A stretch of DNA of 62,965 nucleotides, counting the filler, from Neolecta irregularis DAH-3 (lineage: Eukaryota): the NCBI GenBank assembly GCA_001929475.1. It is 11 parts of 11 records of this genome, joined end to end, with 100 filler letters (N's around TTAATTAATTAA, not from the genome) between each part and the next. Parts side by side here need not be neighbours in the genome. Positions count along the whole stretch, not along the records: positions 8,862 to 22,412 come from LXFE01003721.1; positions 22,513 to 30,203 come from LXFE01000455.1; 9 more parts are not named here. One strand, written 5' to 3'. The position numbers were made by a program, and so were the translations under genes. Position 1 is the first letter of the stretch. Every line of letters starts with the position of its first letter. Below, one piece after another: positions 11,329 through 23,656 of the stretch. The notes under the pieces were generated by a model. It was not told the origin of the DNA and made no database searches. It worked only from the letters and a program-made list of their open reading frames with translations.

Positions 11329-12135
11329 CTATATTTGTGCCTTGCGCAGTACTTTAGCCTGTGACAGCCGGATTTTGCGTTGCAACACCATTTTTGCAAT
11401 CTCGATCTCACGGATACCGACGTCATTATCACCGGCTGTCCCTCTTAGAGCATTAGCAATTTTTTGACTCTTCCTCTCGACCAACTGAGTTCCCAGGCTT
11501 CCTGAAAGAGGGACTGAGGGATCGCAGTTCAGTTCATCCATGATCTGGTTCATATTCATTGCATTGGGACTATTTATATATTCGTCCTTGAAAGCTAAAT
11601 CAATGGATGCGTCTAGATGTTCTTCTGTGGTACAGAATAAGTCGGCCGAGTGGTATAGATCCAGCAGGTACTGAAGTTTCTCGTGGCGTTTCCTTTGGTC
11701 GAAGGTAAGACGGTTTTGCTTCTTTTGTTCTGCAATCTCTGAAAGTCTGGATGGATGTATCTGCGTCCTGTCTTCCTCCTTGAGCAACTCTGGGATCGAG
11801 GGTAGGGTGAAGTGGTCTTTTGTTGGAAAATCGATGCGGACGTGTTTTGCAAGGACGACAGATTTACGCCGAGCTTCGTCTGCTGCTTTTGCGATGGCTA
11901 TTTTGCGGGAACGGTACCCTTCTGCGAGATAGAGTCTTCTTGTATTTGCCATTTGGCAGCGGTAGACCTGGAGAGGTGTGACTGGAGATCTTTTGCGTGT
12001 TGGAGGCGGAGCAATCTTTTTGGGGTCGAATTGCTTCTTGGGTTTGGGTATTAATGTCGATCTTGGAGGAGGAACGATTCCTCGAGCATAGCCGAATTTC
12101 CCTGGGATGCATTTGGGACGACGACGGGGGATCAT
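11329..12135 (-). CDS. PET123: Mitochondrial small ribosomal subunit protein mS26, intronless
   Basis: GYARGIVPP, RRLYLAEGY and KLQYLLDLYHSADLFCTTEEHLDASIDLAF resemble yeast Pet123. Confidence 0.7.
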   Translation of the reverse strand: MIPRRRPKCIPGKFGYARGIVPPPRSTLIPKPKKQFDPKKIAPPPTRKRSPVTPLQVYRCQMANTRRLYLAEGYRSRKIAIAKAADEARRKSVVLAKHVRIDFPTKDHFTLPSIPELLKEEDRTQIHPSRLSEIAEQKKQNRLTFDQRKRHEKLQYLLDLYHSADLFCTTEEHLDASIDLAFKDEYINSPNAMNMNQIMDELNCDPSVPLSGSLGTQLVERKSQKIANALRGTAGDNDVGIREIEIAKMVLQRKIRLSQAKVLRKAQI

Positions 12136-12247
12136 GGTGGAGAGCGGATCACTAGAGCGACTGGTTTTAGTGACGTGCAGTTTGCTCCACCAACCACCTT
12201 CCTCCATCCTCCATCACCATCCATCACCCACTACCGTCCATACAGCC

Positions 12248-12928
<681 letters not shown>

Positions 12929-13387
12929 GTCCCTTTTCCTTTTTCTGCTTTCATCGTTCTTGAGGAGGGAGAATCGTCTGGAATATGTAGGAGATGTAGC
13001 TCAAAGGTCCCATCATACACGCTACGATTTACATCTCTACAACAGTATCTGCTCTCTTTTCCTTGCCCTACCCTTCCACAGCACTTTTCTTGCTTTTCAC
13101 ATATAAATTCCGACATAATCCTCGGCTCACATGCATTCACCCACTTTTTTGTGATACAATTTAATCCTGATGGTATTATCCGGTTCTTGATTTGACTGCC
13201 GTTTGCTTCCGAAACTAGTAGGGATGTACGTGTCTTTTACTTGGTCCTGTATTTCTGTTTATTAATTCGCCTCTTTTCATCTTCCACTGGCCATCCTTGT
13301 ATTTGTATTTTAAACTCCGCTCATACTGGTGCCAATCCTGCGCCTCATCTCTTCGCCCTTAACCTCAGCTATTCGATCCTTGTCTTG

Positions 13388-14901
13388 ATGGGTATCAAAC
13401 GTAAATCCTTGCCTATCGAGTCGTGTTGATGCATTTAGATCTTACCCAAATCATTGGAGACAATGCGCCTCGAGCAATCAAACAAATGGAAATTAAAACC
13501 TTTTTTGGCAGAAAAGTAGCAATCGTACAAGCTTGCAACTCGAAAAGATAAATAACAAAACACAGGACGCGTAAATAAAACCTCCTGATCGTCCCAAAGT
13601 GACTCTAGATCGATGAGTATTTATCAATTCCTCATAGCGGTCCGTCAAACGGACGGTCAACAGCTCATGAACGAAGCAGGTGAGACCACGAGGTACGTTT
13701 CTGATATTACACAATTAATATCGAGAAAGTCATCTAATGGGATTATTTTACCGGACAATTCGAATGGTGGAAAATGGGTTAAAGCCATGCTACGTATTCG
13801 ACGGCAAACCTCCTATTTTGAAAAACGGAGAGGCACGATAACCTTTTAAAACTACTCATTTTGATAATTTACAGCTTGCGAAGCGATATGCTCGGCGTAC
13901 AGAGGCTACTGCCGCAATCGAAGAAGCAAAAGAAACCGGAACAGCCGCAGAAGTCGATAAATTCTCACGAAGAACAGTAAAAGTAACAAAACAACACAAT
14001 GACGAATGTAAGAGGTTGTTACAGCTCATGGGAATACCGTATATTGATGCTCCTTGCGAAGCCGAAGCCCAATGTGCCGCACTCGCAAAAGCCGGAAAGG
14101 TTTAACGAGAAAATAATTATTCGAGGGGCTGAGAATAGGTTTATGCAGCTGCTTCAGAAGATATGGATACTTTATGCTATGAAGCTCCAGTGCTACTACG
14201 TCACCTTACCTTTTCTGAACAACGCAAATTACCAATCACAGAGATAACCTACCAAAAGGTAATCGAGGGCCTCGAAATGCCATATGCACAGGTTATTCCT
14301 CGTAGATATTCAGTTTCTAAATGGGATTCAAGTTTGTCGATCTTTGTATATTACTTGGATGCGATTACTGCGAACCGATTAAAGGCATCGGCCCAACGAC
14401 CGCATTAAAGCTGATTCGCGAACACAAAACACTTGAAAAAGTTCTTGAAAACATGGATAAAAGTAAGTATCCTCTTCCAGAACCATGGCCGTACCAAGAC
14501 GCCCGTGAACTTTTCATGAAACCAGATATCGTTGACCCCGAGACTGTTGAATTGAAATGGGAACCGCCGAGGACTGAGGAATTAGTTGATTTTTTGGTCA
14601 AGGAGAAAGGATTTAACGAAGACCGGGTGAGAAATAATGCCATAAAGTTGGGGAAAGAAGTGAATAAGAAACAACAACGTAAGATTTGCCTCGGGATGAA
14701 TTTAATCGAAAAATAGGTCGTTTAGAAAACTTTTTCGCGCCAATGGAGGATTCGACTGATACAGCCGCCGCCAAGAAACGTAGACGCGAAGGAGCTGGTG
14801 GAAAGAACAAGTCAACTAGTACTAAACGGAAGAAAAGCACTGTGGGGAAAAAGAACGGGGTGTCAACACCTGCAGCAGCAGGAGAGAAAGTCAACGAGTG
14901 A
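13388..14901 (+). CDS. FEN1: Flap endonuclease 1; 8 introns including a 5-nt microexon and a GC-AG intron
   Basis: [62 protein letters not shown] box. Confidence 0.96.
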
Positions 14902-15128
14902 GATTTTATTGTGTATACTAGTGTATGGACCAGTTGAATTATTAATACAAACTACCAAAAGTTTACTTTGCCCGTCTAATGATGATGATTGATGCATAAA
15001 TGAGAAAAGAAAGGTAACAAACTCCACAACCACCGAATTAGTACAAATTGTAAGCCAAAAGTTTCAAACGACTCGAAACATAAAATAGAAAATTCAACCA
15101 AAGCACCAGAATCCTGAAATGAACGTGT

Positions 15129-17051
15129 TCAATGACTGCTGATAGCCAAATCACCAACAGATTCTTCGTTCAAGACTGGTGACTTGGGTGGTGCAGATTG
15201 TTGATGTTCAACACTAGCAGTTGTTGTGGTTCCGCTGTCTCCTCGTCCAGAATCTGCATCACTAGCAGAGTTTTCCCTGACCACGGGAAGAAAATTCTCC
15301 TCACCACTGCTCTCATCGGTCACAGTTCCAAGCACAACTGCCTGCTTCTCTCGTTCCTCAGGAGGAAGAACTGGTTGTTCAAATCCTTCCCGTTCCGAGA
15401 TAATATCTTGTTGCGATTTAATTTGCGTAGAAATAAATGAAAAGAACCGCTCGCCGTAATTGTTTGGCGGAACTGCACTGATTTTCTCTTTTTCCTGTGA
15501 AAGACCTTTCCAGAAATGTTCGAGCCTTTTCACCACGCCGTACTGTTCCATTAGCGTCGACAGAAACAGGGAATTGGGACCTGTGTCAAACAATCAATGA
15601 TACCAAGATAGTAAATTACATCTCCCGCAGAGTCGTCGCGATTAGTTGCTTTGAAACCTCCGCCATCTTGATAAAATATGCACTTTTTTTGCCTGGAAAA
15701 CCATCAATTACCGACATGAAGGGATTTGTACTCTGGGCTTGCTTCGAGAAGTTCTCTTGGGTTTCCAAGACTGACCGGGCTCATTGAATCTATGATCTTG
15801 CGTAACTCCTTCATGCTTGTTCGATCGCCTCGTTTTGAGGGAACTCTAGCAACGCCGTCGCCAACGTTGTATACTGACAAAGTACTATCTCGGATATTAT
15901 CTTTGTTGCCTCTTTGCAGGTCATGAATGCCGACGAGGAGCGAATAGTCCATGATTCTGAGCTCTTCCAGAAGTTGAACATCTGCACGGACTTGTTGTAG
16001 GAATAGATCCCTCTTTGTTGGACCGAAATGCAAATGCATATCCCGACGAATCCAGTTGAGATCTTTGAGTGTTGCTCGAGGATTATCTCTTGAAACATCT
16101 TCTTTCATATCTCTACCGATCAAAGAGCCCTGCGAATTAATTAGTGATGGATGATGGATGTTTACTTTGAGATCAAAGGTTTGATGGATATCGTTGTGCG
16201 GGGGAAATAGGTTATTCATGATGACAAAATGAATTTTCCGACCAAAGGGCATTTTCACGCGATGTAGGCCATAAAACTGCGAAATAAGGGTATTTGGATG
16301 GTTTATAATGTGCTATTTGGGTTAGAGGAGAAAGGGGCTTGGCTCGTACCTGGAAATATCTGTGCAAGATCTTGCGCAGGAATTTATGTTCCGAGTGATG
16401 GATGGTTTTAATGATATACCGGTAATCCCTTGAGAAATAGAAGAAACTGCCAGATTTTCCGGGCGAGCCAAGTTCTGATAAGATGTATTTGCTAGTGAGA
16501 GAAACGAGATAGTCTGCGGGATCAAGGCCGAACTGGGCACGAAGATGGCGAAAGACCCAAGGAGCATAGTCCTTGAATTTGAAGTCGTATTTTGCAGAGG
16601 GGGTGAGTTCGTTGCCAGAGATGTCAAAGGAGTATTTGTGACGAGCGTAAAAGTCTGCATCTGTGAGTTCGCGATCGAGCTTTGCGTTTGTGCGGGAGAC
16701 GGAGACGCGGATACCGGTGAGCATGTTGTATGCGGTGACATAGTTTTGGTGGTCCTCGCCAACCTTTGTGCCGACGAGAACGAGGTCGTCGTCATGGTCC
16801 TCTCTGCGTTTTCTTCGAGCGGCGCGCCGCTGGCGGATGAATTCTGCGAGTTTTGCGGTCTCGTCGTCGGGAGGAAGGTCTGTGAGAGAGTGAAGGGAGC
16901 TGCTGGTGCGCCTGCGGGAGAAGGAGTTGCTGAGTCTGCGTGCAACATGGACAGGCGGGTTCCTGTGGTCGGGATAGGAAAAGGTGGACGAGCGGCGGGG
17001 TTCTTCTGTGGGGGTGAGCAGGGAAACGGGAGAGGGCAGAGCAGCAGGCAT
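15129..17051 (-). CDS. MSS4: Phosphatidylinositol-4-phosphate 5-kinase; 4 introns (start codon uncertain)
   Basis: [64 protein letters not shown]. Confidence 0.95.
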
Positions 17052-17257
17052 GGGAAGGGTGAACGAAGAAGAATGCGAATGCGAATGCGAAGGAGTGGAT
17101 GGGAGTGAGGATGGAGGGGTGGAGGATGGTGGAGGATGGTGGATACGGATAGAGTATCGTAGAGGATGGCGGTGGATGTGGTTTATGGTGGTGAGTGGAA
17201 TGGACCCTCCACTTTCGTCATCTCTACCACGGCCATTCATCTGCATTCCATTCTCCC

Positions 17258-18061
17258 ATGACGACTTCTCCAATCCGCCTTTCTCGTCTTGCTACCTCTA
17301 CAGCACTGCTTACGCTCGATATTCCTGAATCCTACAATGCCCTCACAGCTCCTGCAATTGCCATTCTGCTCAACCACCTTGCAGCTCTCGCAGCAAACCC
17401 GCAGATCCGCATCATCGTAATCACCGGCGGCGGCCCATTTTTCTGCACCGGCATGGATCTCACCACTGTTACTGAGCACAACCCGCAACAGCCGCCAGTC
17501 ATCCAGACGCTCTTTGAAGCCGTTGACCGCTCGCCCAAGACCACAATTGCACTCATCAACGGCAGTTGCTACGGAGGCGGTGTCGGCCTCGCATTTGCAT
17601 GTGATATCCGCATCGCCCTGCCAAGCGTCACCTTCAATCTGTCAGAAGTAAAGAGAGGCCTTGCACCGGCCACCATCTCTAGATATCTCGTGAGAGAATG
17701 GGGCACCACCCTCGCTAGAGAGGCCATGATCACCGGCCGTCCAGTTCCTGCATCCGAGATGCTCTCTCGCGGATTGATCCAGTACATCGCCCGGGATCTG
17801 CAAGATGCCCGCAACAAGGTTGCCGACTACACCGAAATGATCCGCACTAGTGCTCCTAAGGCTATATCGCTGTGCAAAGAACTCACGAGAAGTGTTTCGT
17901 CAGAGAGTCATGCGGACTCTTCCAAACTCATCTCGGAAACTTTCAATGATCTGATGAGTCCTAGCGAGGAAGCACAGCATGGACTACAGGAATTCCGAAA
18001 AACAAAGTCTAAAACAAAGATCGACTGGGCAGCTTGGTATCAAGAAAGAGCAAAATTATAA
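17258..18061 (+). CDS. Enoyl-CoA hydratase/isomerase family protein with PTS1 (-AKL), intronless
   Basis: [38 protein letters not shown]-terminal AKL. Confidence 0.9.
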   Translation: MTTSPIRLSRLATSTALLTLDIPESYNALTAPAIAILLNHLAALAANPQIRIIVITGGGPFFCTGMDLTTVTEHNPQQPPVIQTLFEAVDRSPKTTIALINGSCYGGGVGLAFACDIRIALPSVTFNLSEVKRGLAPATISRYLVREWGTTLAREAMITGRPVPASEMLSRGLIQYIARDLQDARNKVADYTEMIRTSAPKAISLCKELTRSVSSESHADSSKLISETFNDLMSPSEEAQHGLQEFRKTKSKTKIDWAAWYQERAKL

Positions 18062-18063
18062 AA

Positions 18064-19447
18064 TCATTCAATTCCTTTAATTCCAAGCATAACTTTTACC
18101 CTTTTCACTTCATCGTTGTTCCCGGTATTCTTTTCCACTTGGTCGCTAATTTTGACACACGATACGCCGTTTGCTTCATGGAGCTTGATCACTATATTCA
18201 TGGGTGCACTAGTCTCTCTTGTCAATGGTTTCTTAAAATCATCTTGTCCATTAAAATTACTCCATCTTGAAAACATACTTGTGAGAAATGTCCCGATTCC
18301 AAAGGAGCATTTGATTTGAGCAGCAGCAATTTGCAGCTCGAGACACCGATCAACATTCAACGAATCACTAAACACCAAAACTTTATTCGAAAAGTCAACC
18401 CCCAGCTCTTTGTACCTATTCACAACCTTTGCGATAAATGCCATTGGATTACCACTGTCCTGCCGAAACCCGCTCCAAGACTCGGCCTCCTCTTTTGTCA
18501 AACTCTTTAAAAATACATCAGTAGAAAATGTATCCGTCAAAGCGATACTCAATTCCTTTCCAAAAAACTTTTGCCAATTCTTCAAAGCAGTAGTATTAGC
18601 CGTAAAATAATCTCCAGTGATCGCGGCGGTGCCCATGAAGAATTCGTGCGCAACTGTTCCGATAGGCGTTAATCCATGCAATCGAGCAAAATGAACATTT
18701 GATGTTCCTGCGAATTTTCCCGGGCCAGCAGGAGCTTGTACCAGCCCCCGTAAAACAATCTCCTGGGAAAGAAAATTTCTCCTTCTCCTCGTTCCAAACT
18801 CTGAAAAAACACAACCCGCGTTGATCAATTTTGTAGCCTTTTCACGTGCCAACTCTATAATTAGTGGCGCAATCGAGGTTGAGGACCTTGTTGTCCATCG
18901 TAGGACCAATCTGTATCGACAAATTTGAAATAGGCAGCGGAAATCAGTGCCAGGAGGGGGACTTCATACAAGATAGTATCGATCCAAAGGCCAGATACAC
19001 AAAGTGATAAATCGTTTGTTTCGAAATCAATAGTAACCTGTTTTTCTGGGCGTAACTTGAACGTTGCCAAAAAAGAAATATAATCCTCTCCCAAATAAGC
19101 GCATTTTTCCCTCAAAAACTCTACTTCGGGAACCGACAGTTGTAAATCACCTAATTCTATAAAGTTACTCGGAAAAAGAGAGGTTTGGTACGATTAATTT
19201 GTTGACGAAGCCAAGATACAGCGGTTTGATTAAACTTCATTTTTGGATTACGGTTTTTGAAGCGATAGAGTACATCTACGATCAGCCGGTAAGGGGAGAA
19301 GAATGTACGTATAAAAGGGTATATTTTGAGGATAACGGCGCTCATGGATAATTTATATAAATCGGTATCAAGCAACGATTGAATTTCATTTGTATCGATT
19401 TGCGAAGGAGCGTGAAAAGAGGAATTGATATGATTCCGTGGATTCAT
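18064..19447 (-). CDS. NPT1: Nicotinate phosphoribosyltransferase; 4 introns
   Basis: SLLDTDLYKLSM, EFGTRRRR, GTSNV, GTVAHE, ALTDTF, RQDSG, FSDSL, NIVIKL. Confidence 0.96.
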
Positions 19448-19969
19448 GAGACTGATTAGAGATTGAGCTTGATTAAAGTTGGAGTCAGATCGAGATTCGA
19501 GTCACATGTTAAAGGACGAGACACTTACAACTTGTAACGGTTTCCCCAAATTTGTCTATTGTCTCCTTTCGGTGTTTCTATTAAACTCGTTCTTGGTCAT
19601 TCTACTTCCAAAAAGTATAATCCAGACATTGTAGTATGTGACGTGTAGATACAATTACTCCGGTGAACAGTATTGATGACACTATCNNNNNNNNNNGAAA
19701 ACTACTTGTAACGGTTTCCCCAAATTTGTCTATTGTCTCCTTTCGGTGTTTCTATTAAACTTGTTCTTGGTCATTCTACTTCCAAAAAGTATACTCCAGA
19801 CATTGTAGTATGTGACGTGTAGATACAATTACTCCGGTGAACAGTATTGATGACACTATCTATACGTAACATTCTCGCTTTATCAAGCGAGACGATCAAG
19901 CGAGAATAAAGGTGCCACGCGTAATAGCCGAACATGGGAGTTGTAACGCCACGGTAACTAGTGACCTAG

Positions 19970-21600
19970 CTATTTTCGACTGATTTTTCTAGTACGACCG
20001 CCCCGGCCTCTGGCGCCACGAACAGGGCGAGTTTCTGCCTGTTTACCTTTTGCGCTCCACTTCCGGGGTCCAGAAATATCAGGTTGGGTTCCTGAGAATT
20101 CACACAGAGAAGCCAACATGCGCAATTTCTTCCCATCAAATTGAATCATCCTTGCCCATCCTTCGATTTGCTCATCGCTCAATCCCGTATCACTTTGTAT
20201 ACTCGCACGAGCCTTTGTTTTGCGATTATTTCTATCTAAAATAGATTTATCGGATATCCATATTTTATATAGAATTAGATCATTTATATCTTGGTCGTCT
20301 GTAGTTGGTTCAGGAAGACGAGTGTCGTCTACCAAATCATAGGTATCATCTCGTTCGTCGTCGTCCGAGGAATAAACGGATGCGAGGATGATTTGTTTAT
20401 TTAATGATGTGAATTCCTTGTTTGAAAATGTGGTTACTGGGGAGCTACAAGTCAACAGAGGTAGTATACAACGCACCTTTGTTTGCCGCGATGAACCAAT
20501 GTGGGGTCGATTTCAAGTCTATCAAATTCATCGCCGTCAAAGATGGTTTTCCGAGGATAGTGCAGAACCTCATTCTGGGCGCATAAATTCTCAGGTTGGT
20601 CCAATGGATCGAGATTATCTTCAACTAATAAGGCGATACTCTTCTCCACATCCCAATTTGTAGAAGCGAGACAAGCGGAAATGACAGCGGAGCCAAGATC
20701 AGGAAAAACATCTTTTATTTGTGTAATTTTTATATTTTGATCTTGGGAGGAGGACAGATCGACGTGTTTTCCTTTTTCTTTTTGTTTAACTGGGCAAGGG
20801 GATTTCGTAGAGCTGGTTAATAGTGAAGCGAGGTCGCTATCAATGGTTACCGAGTCGAGGAATTTTGTTTTGTGGACGAGATCGACAAACAGAGGCAACT
20901 GTTCGTCTCGGTGTCGTACGAGCAGCCAATGCAGCAGATTTGCGAGGGACGGGGGAGAAGCAGAGGGGCTGGGTGGATTCCCGAGGTTTGTGCAGATGGA
21001 AAAGAGGAGGCGCAGGATTGCAGTTTTCAGATCCGAGGGCGAGAGCGACTGGTAGGAGGAGTTGCAGACGTCGATGAACTCCAGGTCGGCGACAAAGGCA
21101 TGGAGGCACGAGGGGAAGGAGTGGAAGACGCGGGACAGGGCGTACAGTGTGCTCTGGGCCTCAGACTGCTCCTGGCGGGAGCCGTTGACGGCGACTGAGG
21201 GCAGGTCAGCGAGGAGATGGGTGACGGCGAGCTTGTGGAGCAGGATGATCCGGGTCACGTGACCGGGGGCCGCGACGCAGGCGCTTTCGAGAGCGCGCGG
21301 TGTTTCTGGCTGGGCAGCGTAGACGAGGGCAAAGGGGAGGACGAGGGCAAGGACGGCGCGGGGGGGATGGGGCAGCGAGAGGGCGCGGTGGAGGAGCAGG
21401 AAGACGGAGCGGAGGGCGAGGAAGGGGTTCGCGGGAGAGGAGGAGAGGGAGGGGTTCCCAGCGGGAGGGTTCACGGGAGAAGAGATCGAGAGGGCGACGG
21501 CGTGGAGGTGGGCGTCTAACGCCGGAGCGAGCAGGGGCAGCCTGCTGGCAAAGAGCGGCGCGGGCAGGCGCAGGAGCACGGCGGCGAGGCGGCGCAGCAT
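19970..21600 (-). CDS. CUE3: CUE-domain protein, ASCC2/Cue3 (Rqt3) homolog; 1 intron
   Basis: ITQIKDVFPDLG (CUE), RKTIFDGDEFD, DDDERDDTYD, TGLSDEQIEGWARM. Confidence 0.8.
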
Positions 21601-21814
21601 GGCCGTGCCGGATGGGGAATGCCTCCCCGCACATAGCAGTCCAGCAGTACCGCAGTACAGCAGCCCCCGCACATACAGCAGCCCCGCCGCAGAGTACAGG
21701 CGCTGCGTCGCCAGAGAGAATGCGGCAAAAGCATGTAGAGAGCCGCCGCGCGGTGTCCCCGCCGACAGCGCGTGCCTTATAATTCCCCTGTGCCCTTTCC
21801 GCTCCTGTCCCCTC

Positions 21815-22412
21815 ATGTCCCTCTGCCCGCCCTTCTCCGATCCCGCCCTCAAGCCCGCAAAGAAACACAAGCCCCAAAAGGTGTTCCAGTGCGCCGGCTA
21901 CGGCGACTGTGCCATGACCTTTACCCGCGGCGAGCACCTGGCCCGGCACATCAGGTACCGCCGCCGTCTGCTCTACTGATCCAGAAAACACACCGGCGAG
22001 CGCCCCTACCAGTGCCAGTGCGGCCGCATGTTCAGCCGCCTCGACAATCTGCGCCAGCACGCCCAGACCGTCCATGCAAACGACTCCAACCCGCAGATCC
22101 GCCCAAAACCCCGCCCGCACCCGCTGGTCCTGCCCCGCACAGACCACTACACCTCGCCTCCCATCTCGCCCTCCTCCCAGAGCCACCCCTCGGCCCATCT
22201 GTACTGGGCCGCCGCTCCCAGCCCGCCCCTCACCGCCGACCTGCCGCCCTCCCCCGCCCTCCTCCTCCCGCGCCTCGATCTCTCCCGCAGATCCTCCCTC
22301 GCCCACATCTTCGACGACGACGACGACAAGGTCAACCGCAGACGCACCTGGCACTGCAACGACCGCGTAGAGTTCCTCCACCCGGACCGCAGATTGCCCT
22401 CCATTGCAAGTC
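21815..22412 (+). CDS. C2H2 zinc-finger transcription factor, NsdC/Usv1/Rgm1 family, 3' truncated
   Basis: [54 protein letters not shown] after removing a 30-nt intron (21955-21984). Confidence 0.88.
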
Positions 22413-22590
22413 NNNNNNNNNNNNNNNNNNNNNNNNNNNNNNNNNNNNNNNNNNNNTTAATTAATTAANNNNNNNNNNNNNNNNNNNNNNNNNNNNNNNN
22501 NNNNNNNNNNNNTGTAACCAACAAATGTTTTGAGCTAAACACTAAGCTATGGATCGCAGCGTCACAGGTTCAAAGATATAGGTATGCAAA

Positions 22591-23656
22591 TTACGGGGAA
22601 GTGTTGTCTTGCGAATTATCCCAACTGACTCCTCTCCTTCTGATTACTCTCTCATATTCTTGATCAACGCCATATAAGGCCTCGTTTCCCTCTTCACTAT
22701 CAGTTTCATAGTCTGCAGGAAACTCGGGAGGCCAACTTCCCTCTTTAAATCCTTCAATCTTTTCGAACTCAGTCCCTTTATGACTTCCATACAGGAAGGT
22801 CTCAATATTCTTAATAAAGCCAAGATCATAGGGAAATTCAAAATCGAGATGACAATCTCCTGCCCGAGATATCCGGAGTGCTTCAATAGTAGTTTGACCG
22901 TTAAGGACATTCCATATTTGAAATCCGAGAAGCATTCCAACAGCAAAATTGATCATGAACAATACAAATAAACTGAGAACTAATATCGTCATTTCTGTCA
23001 TTGATGGCCCATAATACTAAAGATTAGAAAGGCATGGGAAATTGAGAAACCGAAGACATATTGGCCATCTTGATGATTTTCCACACTTCTCCACAGAGAG
23101 TGACAAAGAGATACAACGTCAGAGGGATTCCAAGTCCAATAAATCCAAAGAAATAGATATGATTGTTCTACTGCGGTCAGTAAAACATGTTGGTGAGTGG
23201 TAGGTCATACATATCCGACACAGTTATCTATCCATGGACCTGACTTATAAGTCACTGATTATTACAATTACTGCATACAATGATGATCCATCTTCAAAAC
23301 ACATCTGAATAATCATTACTAAGATTTGGAGACAAAGGTACCGTTCACACCATCTACAATGCGCAGCTCGTTCAGGCTTCCAGGCATCGCATTTTGTACA
23401 CCAACAGTACTTCTGACAATCCCAGCCTTTGGGGACTCTTCCAGGATCCGTCTTCACCGATTTGATGAAACAGTACCATATGATCAATAAGTATGCATTC
23501 AGGATGATGGATTGGATGGGTGAAAAGGAGACGACATATTGAGGAGCATAGCCAGCAAACAGGATCACAAAAACAGACTAATAAATTAAAGAAATCATTT
23601 CAGGAATGTCTTACCACTATTACGAAATATGGGCCGAGGATTTTGTAGTTGAGCAT
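22591..23656 (-). CDS. PFA4: DHHC palmitoyltransferase (Pfa4-like); 5 introns
   Basis: [57 protein letters not shown], WPP. Confidence 0.88.

Noticed and set aside
17195-17273. Apparent head-to-head CDS overlap of MSS4 and the enoyl-CoA hydratase
   Set aside because: Depends on a GTG start and upstream extensions; likely ATGs at 17051 and 17258 do not overlap
20823-22468. Many long overlapping ORFs on both strands, also at 60200-62700
   Set aside because: Shadow ORFs caused by high GC; the real genes are identified by conserved motifs
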